From positions 1 to 40,531 of the forward strand of contig JAUXGE010000002.1 of assembly GCA_030622435.1 (NCBI GenBank): a stretch of 40,531 bases of DNA, given 5' to 3'. This document shows, piece by piece, positions 20,886 to 29,528 of the stretch (within the stretch, counting starts at the first letter, position 1; every line of letters begins with the position of its first letter). The notes beneath the pieces were generated by a model. It was given only the letters and a program-made list of their open reading frames with translations. It ran no database searches and had not been told where the DNA came from. The position numbers and the translations under genes are program-made. Origin of the DNA: Planctomycetota bacterium. Lineage in GTDB: Bacteria; Planctomycetota; Phycisphaerae; UBA1845.

Positions 20886-20957
20886 GGCTATAAAGGGGGT
20901 TCGGAGACTCCAGCGGTCGGAATCGGCCGGTGAATGGGTTTCGGGAAGACAAACGAC

Positions 20958-21437
20958 ATGGCATACAAGAGGTTCACACAGTCCACGGCTCAATTGAAGC
21001 CTGATTCGCGATTCAATAGCCTGCTCGTCTCGAAGTTTGTCAATTGCATGATGCTTGACGGCAAGAAGAGTACGGCCACCCGCGCGTTTAACGACGCCAT
21101 GGAAATAGTGGCCAAGCGGATCAAGGACGTGCCCCCGGGCGAAGTGTTCGAACAGGCGATCAACAACTGCAAGCCGAACGTGGAGGTGCGCTCGCGCCGC
21201 GTCGGTGGTAGTAACTACCAGGTCCCGATGCCTGTAAACCGACGGCGGCAGCAGTCTCTGGCGATTCGCTGGATGCGTGTTGCGGTGCGGGCCAAGAAAG
21301 GCCGGCGGCTGTGCGAAGCCCTCGCCGGCGAGATCGTCGACGCCTACAACGGCGAGGGTACCGCGATCACGACACGCACGAACATTCATAGGATGGCCGA
21401 GGCGAACAAGGCATTTGCCCACTTTGCCTGGCGGTAA
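20958..21437 (+). CDS. rpsG: 30S ribosomal protein S7
   Basis: [34 protein letters not shown] and [16 protein letters not shown] 20958 (MAYKRF...) aligns residue-for-residue with the E. coli S7 N-terminus. The track ORF begins 8 codons earlier, at 20934. Confidence 0.97.
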   Translation: MAYKRFTQSTAQLKPDSRFNSLLVSKFVNCMMLDGKKSTATRAFNDAMEIVAKRIKDVPPGEVFEQAINNCKPNVEVRSRRVGGSNYQVPMPVNRRRQQSLAIRWMRVAVRAKKGRRLCEALAGEIVDAYNGEGTAITTRTNIHRMAEANKAFAHFAWR

Positions 21438-21463
21438 TCCCGAATCTCGCGGCTCTCGGTAGT

Positions 21464-21490
21464 GAGCCCACCCTTTTCCGGGGTGGGCTC
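21464..21490 (+). terminator. Strong GC hairpin (terminator/attenuator-like) between rpsG and fusA
   Basis: GAGCCCACCC (21464-21473), loop TTTTCCG, GGGTGGGCTC (21481-21490) form a perfect 10-bp stem followed by GTTGTG. A second hairpin follows: GGGGAC-GGT-GTCCCC at 21502-21516. Confidence 0.4.
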
Positions 21491-21548
21491 GTTGTGCAGA
21501 TGGGGACGGTGTCCCCGCTAGGCAGAGGGGCGAAGTGGTGGGCGCGGT

Positions 21549-23618
21549 ATGACGTCGGATCTTACAACCGTCCGCAACATCGGCATCGCCGCACACATCG
21601 ACGCCGGAAAGACCACAACAACCGAGCGCATCCTGTACTACACCGGGCGAACCCACCGTATGGGTGAGGTCGACGATGGCACGACGGTCACGGACTTCGA
21701 CGAGCAGGAACAGAAGCGGGGTATCACCATCTACTCCGCCGCCGTGAGCTGCCCGTGGCGCGGGCAGACCATCAACCTCATCGACACCCCCGGACACGTA
21801 GACTTTACTGCCGAAGTCGAACGGTCGCTTCGCGTCCTCGACGGGATGGTGGCGGTCTTCGACGCCAAGGAGGGAGTAGAGGCCCAATCAGAGACCGTCT
21901 GGCGTCAGGCTGACAAGTACGGGGTACCACGAATCTGTTTCATCAACAAGATGGATCGTCTCGGGGCGGATTTCGAGGCCGCCATCGACTCGATTCGCAA
22001 GCGGTTCGGTGCAAACCCGCTCGTCCTTCAGGTTCCCGTCGGGGCCGGTGCGGATTTCGTGGGGTTGGTCGATCTGGTCGAGATGAAAACGGTCTACTAC
22101 AAACGGGACGATCTCGGTGTGTCGTACGAGGTCGACCAGATCCCGGACGAGTTGACGGATTCAGTCGATCAGAAACGCCGGGAGCTTATCGAGACGCTGG
22201 CCGAAACGTCGGATACCCTGATGGAGCGGTATCTCTCCGACGAGTCCATCAAACCGGCGCAGATTCGCAAGGCTGTCCGAGACGCGACGATTCGACGAGA
22301 ACTGGTTCCGGTTCTTTGCGGGAGCGCTCTGAGGTACGTCGGCGTCCAGCGGATGCTCGACGCGGTTTGCGATTACCTTCCGAGCCCACTCGACATTCCC
22401 CCCGTAACCGCGCACGACGCCAGACGCGAAGGTGTCGCGTATGAGCTTGCCAGCGATCCGAATGGGCCGCTGGCGGTCCTCGTGTTCAAGGTGATGGCCG
22501 AGAAGCCGGTTGACCTGCATTTTGTCCGGGTTTACTCGGGCACGCTCAAGCCGAACATGCGTCTGCTCAACGCCGTTACCGGCGAAAAGGAGAACATTAC
22601 CCGGATCCTGCGCATGTTTGCCAAGAGGCGGGAGCCGGTCGATCGGGCGCAGGCCGGCGATATTGTCGCGGTCGTAGGTCCCAAGAGTGCTCTGACCGGG
22701 CATACTCTCTGCGATCAGCGTCGTCCCGTTCTGCTCGAATCGATCAAGTTTCCCCAGACGGTGATCAGCGTCTCCGTCGAGCCGAAGTCCTCGAAGGATC
22801 GGGACAAGCTGCTGCAGGCTTTGGCGGCGTTGGAGCGTCAGGACCCTACTCTCACAGTCACCGCCAACCTGGAGACCGGACAGACGCTGATTTCTGGAAT
22901 GGGTGAGCTGCACCTGGAGGTGATGGTTCAGCGGCTCCGGGCCGAGATGAACGTCGAGGCCGCCGTGGGTAAGCCCCGGGTTTCGTATCGTGAGACGGTC
23001 AGAAAGATGGCCGAGGGTGAGGCACGGTTCAACCGGCAGCTTGGTGGACGTAGTCACTATGCTATGGTTAGGCTCCGGCTCGAACACCGCCCCCACGTGG
23101 CGGATCGTGCAAGTTTCGAGATTGCCAGCGAGTTACCTGCCGGGACGGTTCCCCCCGAGTTCACCCAGGCGATGGAGACCGGAGTCCAGGATGCCGCGCA
23201 GAGTGGGATTCTGGGCGGATACGCCGTCATTGACTGGAAAGTCACTTTCCTGGAGGTGGAGCTGCGTAAAACGGAAAGCTCGGAGGTGGCGTTCGAAAAC
23301 GCGGCGCGCGTTGCTTTCTACGATGCCATGGCGTCCGCGGCTCCTGTGCTGCTCCAGCCGATCATGGACGTCGAGGTGGTGACATCAGAGGAGTATTTCG
23401 GGGCGGTAATGGCCGATCTGAACGCCCGTTCCGCCGTGGTGCGTGAGGCGCGAATGCGAGGATCGGACCGGGTTATTTCGGCGAATGTCCCACTTGCTCG
23501 GATGTTCGGGTATATCACCAAGCTGCGCAGTCTCTCCCAGGGCCGGGCGACGTCGACCATGGCCCCCTCCCACTACGCACCCGTGTCGGCGGCCGAGATG
23601 AAGGCCCTGGTCGGTTGA
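21549..23618 (+). CDS. fusA: Elongation factor G
   Basis: 689 aa. NIGIAAHIDAGKTTTTERIL, DTPGHVDF and NKMDR; full five-domain length. Confidence 0.99.
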   Translation: MTSDLTTVRNIGIAAHIDAGKTTTTERILYYTGRTHRMGEVDDGTTVTDFDEQEQKRGITIYSAAVSCPWRGQTINLIDTPGHVDFTAEVERSLRVLDGMVAVFDAKEGVEAQSETVWRQADKYGVPRICFINKMDRLGADFEAAIDSIRKRFGANPLVLQVPVGAGADFVGLVDLVEMKTVYYKRDDLGVSYEVDQIPDELTDSVDQKRRELIETLAETSDTLMERYLSDESIKPAQIRKAVRDATIRRELVPVLCGSALRYVGVQRMLDAVCDYLPSPLDIPPVTAHDARREGVAYELASDPNGPLAVLVFKVMAEKPVDLHFVRVYSGTLKPNMRLLNAVTGEKENITRILRMFAKRREPVDRAQAGDIVAVVGPKSALTGHTLCDQRRPVLLESIKFPQTVISVSVEPKSSKDRDKLLQALAALERQDPTLTVTANLETGQTLISGMGELHLEVMVQRLRAEMNVEAAVGKPRVSYRETVRKMAEGEARFNRQLGGRSHYAMVRLRLEHRPHVADRASFEIASELPAGTVPPEFTQAMETGVQDAAQSGILGGYAVIDWKVTFLEVELRKTESSEVAFENAARVAFYDAMASAAPVLLQPIMDVEVVTSEEYFGAVMADLNARSAVVREARMRGSDRVISANVPLARMFGYITKLRSLSQGRATSTMAPSHYAPVSAAEMKALVG

Positions 23619-23710
23619 TTCTGCGGGGGCCCAGAGGGCATTTCCACCGGCTGGTCGGGTGGGCGGACCGGGGAGCCGCCAAGTTTCCGAAAAGTTGTGA
23701 GAAAGTGCCG

Positions 23711-23738
23711 TTGACAGGGATGGCGGAAGGTTTATGCT
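23711..23738 (+). promoter_or_regulatory. Sigma70-type promoter candidate for the S10 operon
   Basis: TTGACA (23711-23716), 16-nt spacer, TATGCT (23733-23738), with an A-rich tract upstream. It has the same TTGACAGGG-N13-TATNCT layout as 4732-4759 and lies about 70 nt upstream of the rpsJ start. Confidence 0.5.
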
Positions 23739-23807
23739 ACCTGGTCTTCGGTAATTTTGTGGTTGGATTTCAGTGGATGTTGTACCGGTGGTGAGGTTCT
23801 GTATCTA

Positions 23808-24119
23808 GTGAGTACGAAGAGCAGGATCAGGATACGTATGGAGGCCTACGACACTCGGGCGCTGGATGCGTCGGCGCGTGAGATCGTGGAGCAGGCCAAG
23901 AGGACAAGCGCAAAGGTGCATGGTCCGATTCCGCTTCCCACACGAATCGAGAGGTACACGGTTCTGCGTGGGCCTCACATCGACAAGAAGTCCCGCGAGC
24001 AGTTCGAGATGCGCACGCATAAGCGCATCATCGACATCAGCGAGCCGACGGCCCGGACGGTTGAGGCCATCAATCGCATTCAGGTACCCGCTGGCGTTTT
24101 CGTGAAGATCAAGACGTGA
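23808..24119 (+). CDS. rpsJ: 30S ribosomal protein S10
   Basis: Translates as (GTG)[44 protein letters not shown]... GTG 23808 gives the canonical length of about 103 aa, and GGTGAGG lies upstream. The track ORF from TTG 23757 is an upstream extension. Confidence 0.95.
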   Translation: MSTKSRIRIRMEAYDTRALDASAREIVEQAKRTSAKVHGPIPLPTRIERYTVLRGPHIDKKSREQFEMRTHKRIIDISEPTARTVEAINRIQVPAGVFVKIKT

Positions 24120-24154
24120 TCGCGGCGGGCGTGCGATGGGCGCGCCGTAGCGGA

Positions 24155-24186
24155 GGTCCGGTGTCGGACCGGCAATACCGTTTTTT
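24155..24186 (+). promoter_or_regulatory. Hairpin plus T6 run in the rpsJ-rplC spacer
   Basis: GGTCCG (24155-24160), loop GTGT, CGGACC (24165-24170), then 10 nt, then TTTTTT (24181-24186), which runs into TTGACA (24185-24190). No good -10 element follows. Confidence 0.25.
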
Positions 24187-24273
24187 GACAAGAACCGGTG
24201 TGTGAGCCTAATCGCACGCGAGAAAGCAGGGTGAGTCCGTATCTTCGGGTGCGGATGAAAGTGGTTTTCGTTT

Positions 24274-24924
24274 ATGGTGCGTACGCTGCTAGGTACCAAG
24301 ATCGGCATGACCCAGGTGGTGGGTGAGCGCGGCGTGGTCGAACCGGCCACGATCGTCAAGGCAGGCCCCTGTGTGGTGTTGCAGGTCAAGTCCAAGGAGA
24401 AGGACGGGTACGATGCGGTGCAGCTCGGCTTCGGAGAGGTCAAGCCTCATCGGTCTACGATGCCGATGATCGGGCACGCTGCGGTCGCGGGCACGGGTCC
24501 CAAGCGGGCCATTCGCGAGGTGCGCCTGTCTGAACCCTCGGGCGTTTCCCGTGGCGACGTGCTAACGGTCGAGCAGTTCGGCGGAGATGACGTGAGCTAC
24601 GTCGACGTGACCGGTGTGACCAAAGGGAAAGGCTTCACCGGTGTCATGAAGCGGCACGGTTTCGGTGGCAAGGAAGCTTCTCACGGCGTCGAGCGGAAAC
24701 ATCGGTCTGGCGGGAGTATTGCCGGCGGTGGCTGCGGTCCTACGGGACGCGGCGTGAGGAAAGGCAAGCGTATGGCGGGGCATTCCGGGCACGCCCGGCG
24801 CACGATGCTGAGTCTCCGGCTGATAAAGGTCGATGCGGAAAACGATGTGCTGATCGTCCGGGGAAGCGTTCCTGGTCCCAACGGGTCGATCGTCGAGGTC
24901 CGCCAAGCCAAGAAAAAGGGTTGA
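24274..24924 (+). CDS. rplC: 50S ribosomal protein L3
   Basis: MVRTLLGTKIGMTQV... and FTGVMKRHGFGG; typical L3. Confidence 0.98.
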   Translation: MVRTLLGTKIGMTQVVGERGVVEPATIVKAGPCVVLQVKSKEKDGYDAVQLGFGEVKPHRSTMPMIGHAAVAGTGPKRAIREVRLSEPSGVSRGDVLTVEQFGGDDVSYVDVTGVTKGKGFTGVMKRHGFGGKEASHGVERKHRSGGSIAGGGCGPTGRGVRKGKRMAGHSGHARRTMLSLRLIKVDAENDVLIVRGSVPGPNGSIVEVRQAKKKG

Positions 24925-24928
24925 CGTT

Positions 24929-25582
24929 TTGCTGACGGTTCCGGTTTTCACAACGCAGGGTGAGCAGTCGGGTGAGTTGCAGATTGACCCGGCGCTTCTA
25001 GGTGGTTGCGTCAGGCCTGCGTTGATCAAGCAGGCGATCGTGGCTTTCCTGGACCACCAGCGTCAGCGCAGCGCCCGGACGAAGGGGCGAGGGGACGTCG
25101 TGGGTTCGACGCGAAAGCTCTACCGCCAGAAGGGAACCGGTCATGCTCGGGCCGGCAATGTAAGGACCCCGATCAGGCGCGGCGGTGGTCGGACGTTTGC
25201 CAGGCGCATACCCGGGGCGAGCAAGGTGTTGCCCAAGAAGATGCGTCGGCTCGCACGGGATAGTGCTATCCTTGCGAAAATCCGCTCGAACGATGTGCTG
25301 GTCGTGGACGGGTTCTCCTGTCCCGAGGTCAAGACGAAGCCGGTCGCTGCCATGCTCTCGGCGCTGGGTGTTACGCGCGGGTGCGTGCTGGCGGTGCACG
25401 AGGCGGACCGAAACACGCATCTGTCGAGCAGAAACATCCCGCGGACGGACGTACGTCCGGTCGGCGAACTCAACGCGTATGAGGTCTTACATCGTCGCAA
25501 GCTGGTCTTCACGAAGACTGCTTTCGAGGGATTGGTGGCGCGAAGTACCAAGGGCTCGCTGGGCGGCGACGCTGAGCAGTAG
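24929..25582 (+). CDS. rplD: 50S ribosomal protein L4
   Basis: TTG start 4 nt after the rplC stop. KGTGHARAGNVRTPIRRGGGRTF is the L4 signature. Confidence 0.97.
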   Translation: MLTVPVFTTQGEQSGELQIDPALLGGCVRPALIKQAIVAFLDHQRQRSARTKGRGDVVGSTRKLYRQKGTGHARAGNVRTPIRRGGGRTFARRIPGASKVLPKKMRRLARDSAILAKIRSNDVLVVDGFSCPEVKTKPVAAMLSALGVTRGCVLAVHEADRNTHLSSRNIPRTDVRPVGELNAYEVLHRRKLVFTKTAFEGLVARSTKGSLGGDAEQ

Positions 25583-25591
25583 GCTATTGCG

Positions 25592-25903
25592 ATGGATATT
25601 TACCACGTAATCAAAAGACCGATGGTGACCGAGAAAGGCACGCATCAATCCTCGCAGTCCTACGTGGCGACCAAGAACAAACCTGCACGCGGTGGGGCGT
25701 ATGCGTTCGAGGTCCACCGCGAGGCATCGAAGCCACTGATCAAGCAGGCGATCGAGAAGATATACAACGTCAAGGTGGAGTCGGTTCGCACGGCTCGGCG
25801 CAAGGGGAAGTCGCGTCGCGTGCGGTACAAAATCGGCAAGACGGCGGATTGGAAGAAGGCGGTGGTCGTTCTGCACGCAGATCACCACATTGATTTGTTC
25901 TGA
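25592..25903 (+). CDS. rplW: 50S ribosomal protein L23
   Basis: MDIYHVIKRPMVTEKG... and KKAVVVL; L23. Confidence 0.97.
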   Translation: MDIYHVIKRPMVTEKGTHQSSQSYVATKNKPARGGAYAFEVHREASKPLIKQAIEKIYNVKVESVRTARRKGKSRRVRYKIGKTADWKKAVVVLHADHHIDLF

Positions 25904-25961
25904 CGAGGCGCCCGGCATGGTGCCGGGGAACTTGTCTTTTTTCTTGCAGTGAAGCTTGGCG

Positions 25962-26828
25962 ATGGGCATCAGGAAATACAAGCCGACCTCACCGGGGCGC
26001 CGTGCATCGACTGTCAACGACTTCTCGGAGTTGACGGACAAGCACAAGCGTCCGGAGAAGTCGCTTTGCGAGCGTATTGCCAAGCACGGCGGCCGGAATC
26101 ATCACGGCCGAATTACTGCGAGGCACCGCGGTGGCGGTGCGCGTCGGATTTACAGGCGGGTTGATTTCAAACGGAACCGAGATGGTGTTCCCGCGACGGT
26201 GACGGCGGTCGAGTACGATCCGAATCGCTCATGTCACATTGCGTTGGTCGAATATGCGGACGGTGAGAAGCGGTACATTCTCGCTCCGATGGGTCTGGCG
26301 GCCGGTGAGGTCGTGGAGAGCGGGACCGGGGTCGAGCCGAAGGTGGGCAATTCGATGCCCCTCAAGGACATGCCGCCGGGAATGGACGTTCACAACATCG
26401 AATTGAACATCGGGCAGGGCGGTAAGCTCGTTCGTAGCGCGGGCGCCTCGGCAAGGTTGATTTCCCGCGACGACCGATGGGCGATCCTGATTCTGCCATC
26501 CGGTGAGATGCGCGAGGTCCGTTCGGCGTGCCGTGCCACGATCGGGCAACTCGGCAACGCCGACCACCAGAATCTCCGGTGGGGCAAAGCAGGGCGGACG
26601 CGGCACCGTGGTCGCCGACCGCACGTGCGGGGCACGGCGAAGAACCCGGTGTCACACCCTCTGGGCGGTGGCGAAGGTCGAAGCGGCGGCGGGCGTCACC
26701 CGTGCAGTCCCACGGGGCGTTTGGCTAAGGGGGCGCGAACGCGTGCTCCGAACAAGGTCTCTAACCGGCGCATCTTGCGGCGGCGCAAGAGCAAGCGGTA
26801 CGGTCAGCTTCCCAAGCTGAAGCGATAG
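25962..26828 (+). CDS. rplB: 50S ribosomal protein L2
   Basis: MGIRKYKPTSPGRR... and GRRPHVRGTAKNPVSHPLGGGEGRS. ATG 25962 is preferred over TTG 25956. Confidence 0.99.
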   Translation: MGIRKYKPTSPGRRASTVNDFSELTDKHKRPEKSLCERIAKHGGRNHHGRITARHRGGGARRIYRRVDFKRNRDGVPATVTAVEYDPNRSCHIALVEYADGEKRYILAPMGLAAGEVVESGTGVEPKVGNSMPLKDMPPGMDVHNIELNIGQGGKLVRSAGASARLISRDDRWAILILPSGEMREVRSACRATIGQLGNADHQNLRWGKAGRTRHRGRRPHVRGTAKNPVSHPLGGGEGRSGGGRHPCSPTGRLAKGARTRAPNKVSNRRILRRRKSKRYGQLPKLKR

Positions 26829-26926
26829 GTTTTCGAGCGGTTCCGGCACAGGGTTGCCGGGCCGGAGTTAGATATGGCGGTTGCAGCGGGCGACCGTGAC
26901 GGTGGGAGTTTCCGGATAGGCTCGTT

Positions 26927-27196
26927 ATGGCACGATCGCAGAAGAAAGGGCCATTCGTAGACGAGAAGCTCTTCAAGAAGGTCATGAACCTCAAGGCTAT
27001 GGGTTCGTCGACCACGATCCGTACATGGGCGCGGCGTTGTACGATCGTTCCAGAGTTTGTCGGACACCGGTTCGAAGTGCACAACGGGAAGCTGTTTCAT
27101 CCCGTGTACGTGACTGAGGACATGGTGGGGCACAAGCTGGGCGAGTTCAGCCCGACGCGTCTGTTCCGGGGCCACGCGGCCTCGAAGAGGCGGTAA
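26927..27196 (+). CDS. rpsS: 30S ribosomal protein S19
   Basis: [12 protein letters not shown]... and [16 protein letters not shown]. Confidence 0.99.
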   Translation: MARSQKKGPFVDEKLFKKVMNLKAMGSSTTIRTWARRCTIVPEFVGHRFEVHNGKLFHPVYVTEDMVGHKLGEFSPTRLFRGHAASKRR

Positions 27197-27275
27197 GGAT
27201 CGGAACCCTCTGTGACTAAGATCGTTCGCCGGTGATTTGTTGCGGCCGGCTGCAGCGGTAGGGACGAGAGCGGCA

Positions 27276-27620
27276 GTGGATAAAGAGCGACAAGGTTGGA
27301 CTGCGATGCATCGTTTTGCTCGCATCGCGCCGCGCAAGGCCCGGCTGGTGATCGACTTGATCCGTGGGCGATCGTGCGGTGACGCGGTCGAGCAGTTGCG
27401 TTTCAACCATCGCCGCAGTGCCCGGTTCATCGAGGCGGTCTTGAAGGCGGCGATGACGAATGCGGACGAGAAGGAAGCTGATATGAGCCGCCTGTACGTC
27501 AAGGAGGCCCGGATTGACGGCGGGCCTTACCAGCGGCGGTGGCGGCCAAAGGATCGAGGTCGGGTTCATCCGATCGCCAAGCGTACCAGCCATGTCATCG
27601 TTACGGTGGCAGAGGCCTGA
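27276..27620 (+). CDS. rplV: 50S ribosomal protein L22
   Basis: FARIAPRKARLVIDLIRGRS and IDGGPYQRRWRPKDRGRVHPIAKRTSHV. The start is ambiguous: GTG 27276, ATG 27306 or the track start 27237. Confidence 0.95.
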   Translation: MDKERQGWTAMHRFARIAPRKARLVIDLIRGRSCGDAVEQLRFNHRRSARFIEAVLKAAMTNADEKEADMSRLYVKEARIDGGPYQRRWRPKDRGRVHPIAKRTSHVIVTVAEA

Positions 27621-27658
27621 GAGAGTCGGCCATGGTGTGGCCTTGACAGGAGTCGAGC

Positions 27659-28363
27659 GTGGGACAGAAAGTCAATCCAACGGGTTTCCGGATCGGGATA
27701 ACCGAGGACTGGCGTTCGCGCTGGTTCGCGCCCAAGGCCGCTTATGCGGAGTTCCTGATCGAAGACCAGAAGATTCGCAAGTATGTGGATGCCAAGCTCA
27801 ACCGACAGCCTCCCTACGCCGCGGTTGCCAAGGTGGAGATCGAGCGGACCCGCAACGAGGTGAAGGTTTTGCTCCACACGGCCAGGCCCGGGCTGGTCAT
27901 CGGCCCCAAGGGTGCCGAGGTCGACAAGCTGAAGGAAGAGCTCGAGGATCTGATCGACCGGAAGATCAACCTGAACACCATCGAGATCAAGGTTCCCGAT
28001 GGAAACGCCAAGTTGATTGCCGAGTCGATCTCCGAGCAGCTCAAGAAGCGGGCGGGCTTCCGTCGTGTGATGAAGATGCGTGCGGAAGCGGCGATGGCCT
28101 GTGGGGCGATGGGTATCAAGATCATGTGCAAGGGGCGGCTGGGCGGTTCGGAGATGGCCCGTCGGGAGACTCAGATCCGCGGTTCGATCCCCCTGCACAC
28201 ATTACAGGCCCATATAGACTACGGTGTAGCTACGTGCCGCACCACGTATGGGGCGATCGGGATCAAGGTTTGGTTGTATCGCGGTCGTTACGGGGAGGAG
28301 GCCGTCCTCGACGACAGCCATGTGCGGAGTCGTGGACGGGAGCGTCGCGGCAAACGAGGCTAG
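27659..28363 (+). CDS. rpsC: 30S ribosomal protein S3
   Basis: GTG start. MGQKVNPTGFRIGITEDWRSRWF, a KH domain, and LGGSEMARRE. Confidence 0.99.
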   Translation: MGQKVNPTGFRIGITEDWRSRWFAPKAAYAEFLIEDQKIRKYVDAKLNRQPPYAAVAKVEIERTRNEVKVLLHTARPGLVIGPKGAEVDKLKEELEDLIDRKINLNTIEIKVPDGNAKLIAESISEQLKKRAGFRRVMKMRAEAAMACGAMGIKIMCKGRLGGSEMARRETQIRGSIPLHTLQAHIDYGVATCRTTYGAIGIKVWLYRGRYGEEAVLDDSHVRSRGRERRGKRG

Positions 28364-28411
28364 CGGCGATTGTGCTCGCTCCCGTTTGGGGCGAGCATCG
28401 GAGTGTCGGTC

Positions 28412-28831
28412 ATGGCGATGATGCCCAAGCGAGTCAAGTGGCGCAAGAGCCAGCGCGGAAAGATCCGCGGCGTGGCTTCGAGGGGCAATGCCGTGACGTT
28501 CGGCGAGTACGGATTGCAGGTTCTGGGGTCCGGCTGGATCACGGCTCGGCAGATTGAGGCCGGTCGCGTGGCTGCGACGCATTACCTTCATCGTGAAGGA
28601 CGTGTGTACGTGAGGGTTTTCCCGAATAAGCCGGTGTCTTCCAAGCCGCTCGAAACACGAATGGGCAAGGGCAAGGGCGATCCGGAGTATTGGGTGGCCT
28701 GTGTCCGTGCCGGGGCGGTTCTTTTCGAGATCGGTGGTGTCGAGGAAGGCATTGCGAGATCCGCGTTCATGCGTGTTGCCCACAAGATGCCGTTCAGGTG
28801 TCGATTCGTAAAACGGCGACACGGTTTGTAG
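28412..28831 (+). CDS. rplP: 50S ribosomal protein L16
   Basis: MAMMPKRVKWRKSQRGKIRG... and RMGKGKGDPEYWVA. GGAG lies 8 nt upstream of ATG 28412. The track start 28370 is rejected. Confidence 0.97.
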   Translation: MAMMPKRVKWRKSQRGKIRGVASRGNAVTFGEYGLQVLGSGWITARQIEAGRVAATHYLHREGRVYVRVFPNKPVSSKPLETRMGKGKGDPEYWVACVRAGAVLFEIGGVEEGIARSAFMRVAHKMPFRCRFVKRRHGL

Positions 28832-28853
28832 TTGCGGGCGAGGTGTAGTAGCG

Positions 28854-29102
28854 ATGAAGGCCAGTGAACTCCGAATGATGAAGACCCCTGAGCTGCATGC
28901 CGAGTTGGATCAGCTCCGGAGGCATCTGTTCGACCTTCGTTCGCAGTCCGTGACCGAGAAGTTGGAGAACCCCTACCAGCTCAAGGATGCGGGAAGGAAT
29001 ATTGCTCGGGTGCTGACGATTCTGCGCGAGCGCGGCGAGACGGGAATCGAGGAGAAGCAGTACCACCTGGAGTCTGCTGCGACGCACCGCAAGGGCGGCT
29101 AG
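28854..29102 (+). CDS. rpmC: 50S ribosomal protein L29
   Basis: MKASELRMMKTPELHAELDQLRRHLFDLRSQ; L29 pattern. Confidence 0.95.
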   Translation: MKASELRMMKTPELHAELDQLRRHLFDLRSQSVTEKLENPYQLKDAGRNIARVLTILRERGETGIEEKQYHLESAATHRKGG

Positions 29103-29111
29103 GCGAAGCGA

Positions 29112-29462
29112 TTGAGTGTAGATGGTATCGGCGCCTTCGGGCGTCTGGGTGAGGCAACGTTTGAACCGGTGACGGATGTGGCTGCTATAACAACAGACGT
29201 GAAGGCCAAGGAACGCGGCAAGCGTGAGATTCGCACCGGGGCAGTGGTCTCGGACAAGTGCGACAAGACGGTCAAGGTGCGCTGCGAGTATATCGTCAGG
29301 CACCCTAAGTACGGCAAGTACTATCGTCGTTCGACCACTCTCCACACGCACGACGAGCGGAACGATGCGAAAGTCGGTGATGTGGTCGAGGTGATGGCTT
29401 GCCGCCCGATGTCCAAAATGAAGCGTTGGCGCCTGGTACGGATCGTCCGGTCGGCTCAGTAA
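29112..29462 (+). CDS. rpsQ: 30S ribosomal protein S17
   Basis: Core sequence: IRTGAVVSDKCDKTVKVRCEYIVRHPKYGKYYRRSTTLHTHDERNDAKVGDVVEVMACRPMSKMKRW. The start is uncertain. TTG 29112 gives a 29-aa N-terminal extension. In-frame GTGs at 29169, 29178 or 29199 (the last giving MKAKERGKREIRTG...) give a canonical length. Confidence 0.9.
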   Translation: MSVDGIGAFGRLGEATFEPVTDVAAITTDVKAKERGKREIRTGAVVSDKCDKTVKVRCEYIVRHPKYGKYYRRSTTLHTHDERNDAKVGDVVEVMACRPMSKMKRWRLVRIVRSAQ

Positions 29463-29528
29463 GGGGCGCCGTGATAGGGTGCGGTCGATGGCAGGTCCGT
29501 AGGCCGCCCGTAGGATAGGACGCACACG

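Noticed and set aside
23757-23807. Upstream extension of rpsJ from TTG 23757 ([17 protein letters not shown]...).
   Set aside because: It would add 17 non-homologous residues and overlap the predicted promoter/leader. GTG 23808 gives the canonical S10 length and N-terminal sequence.
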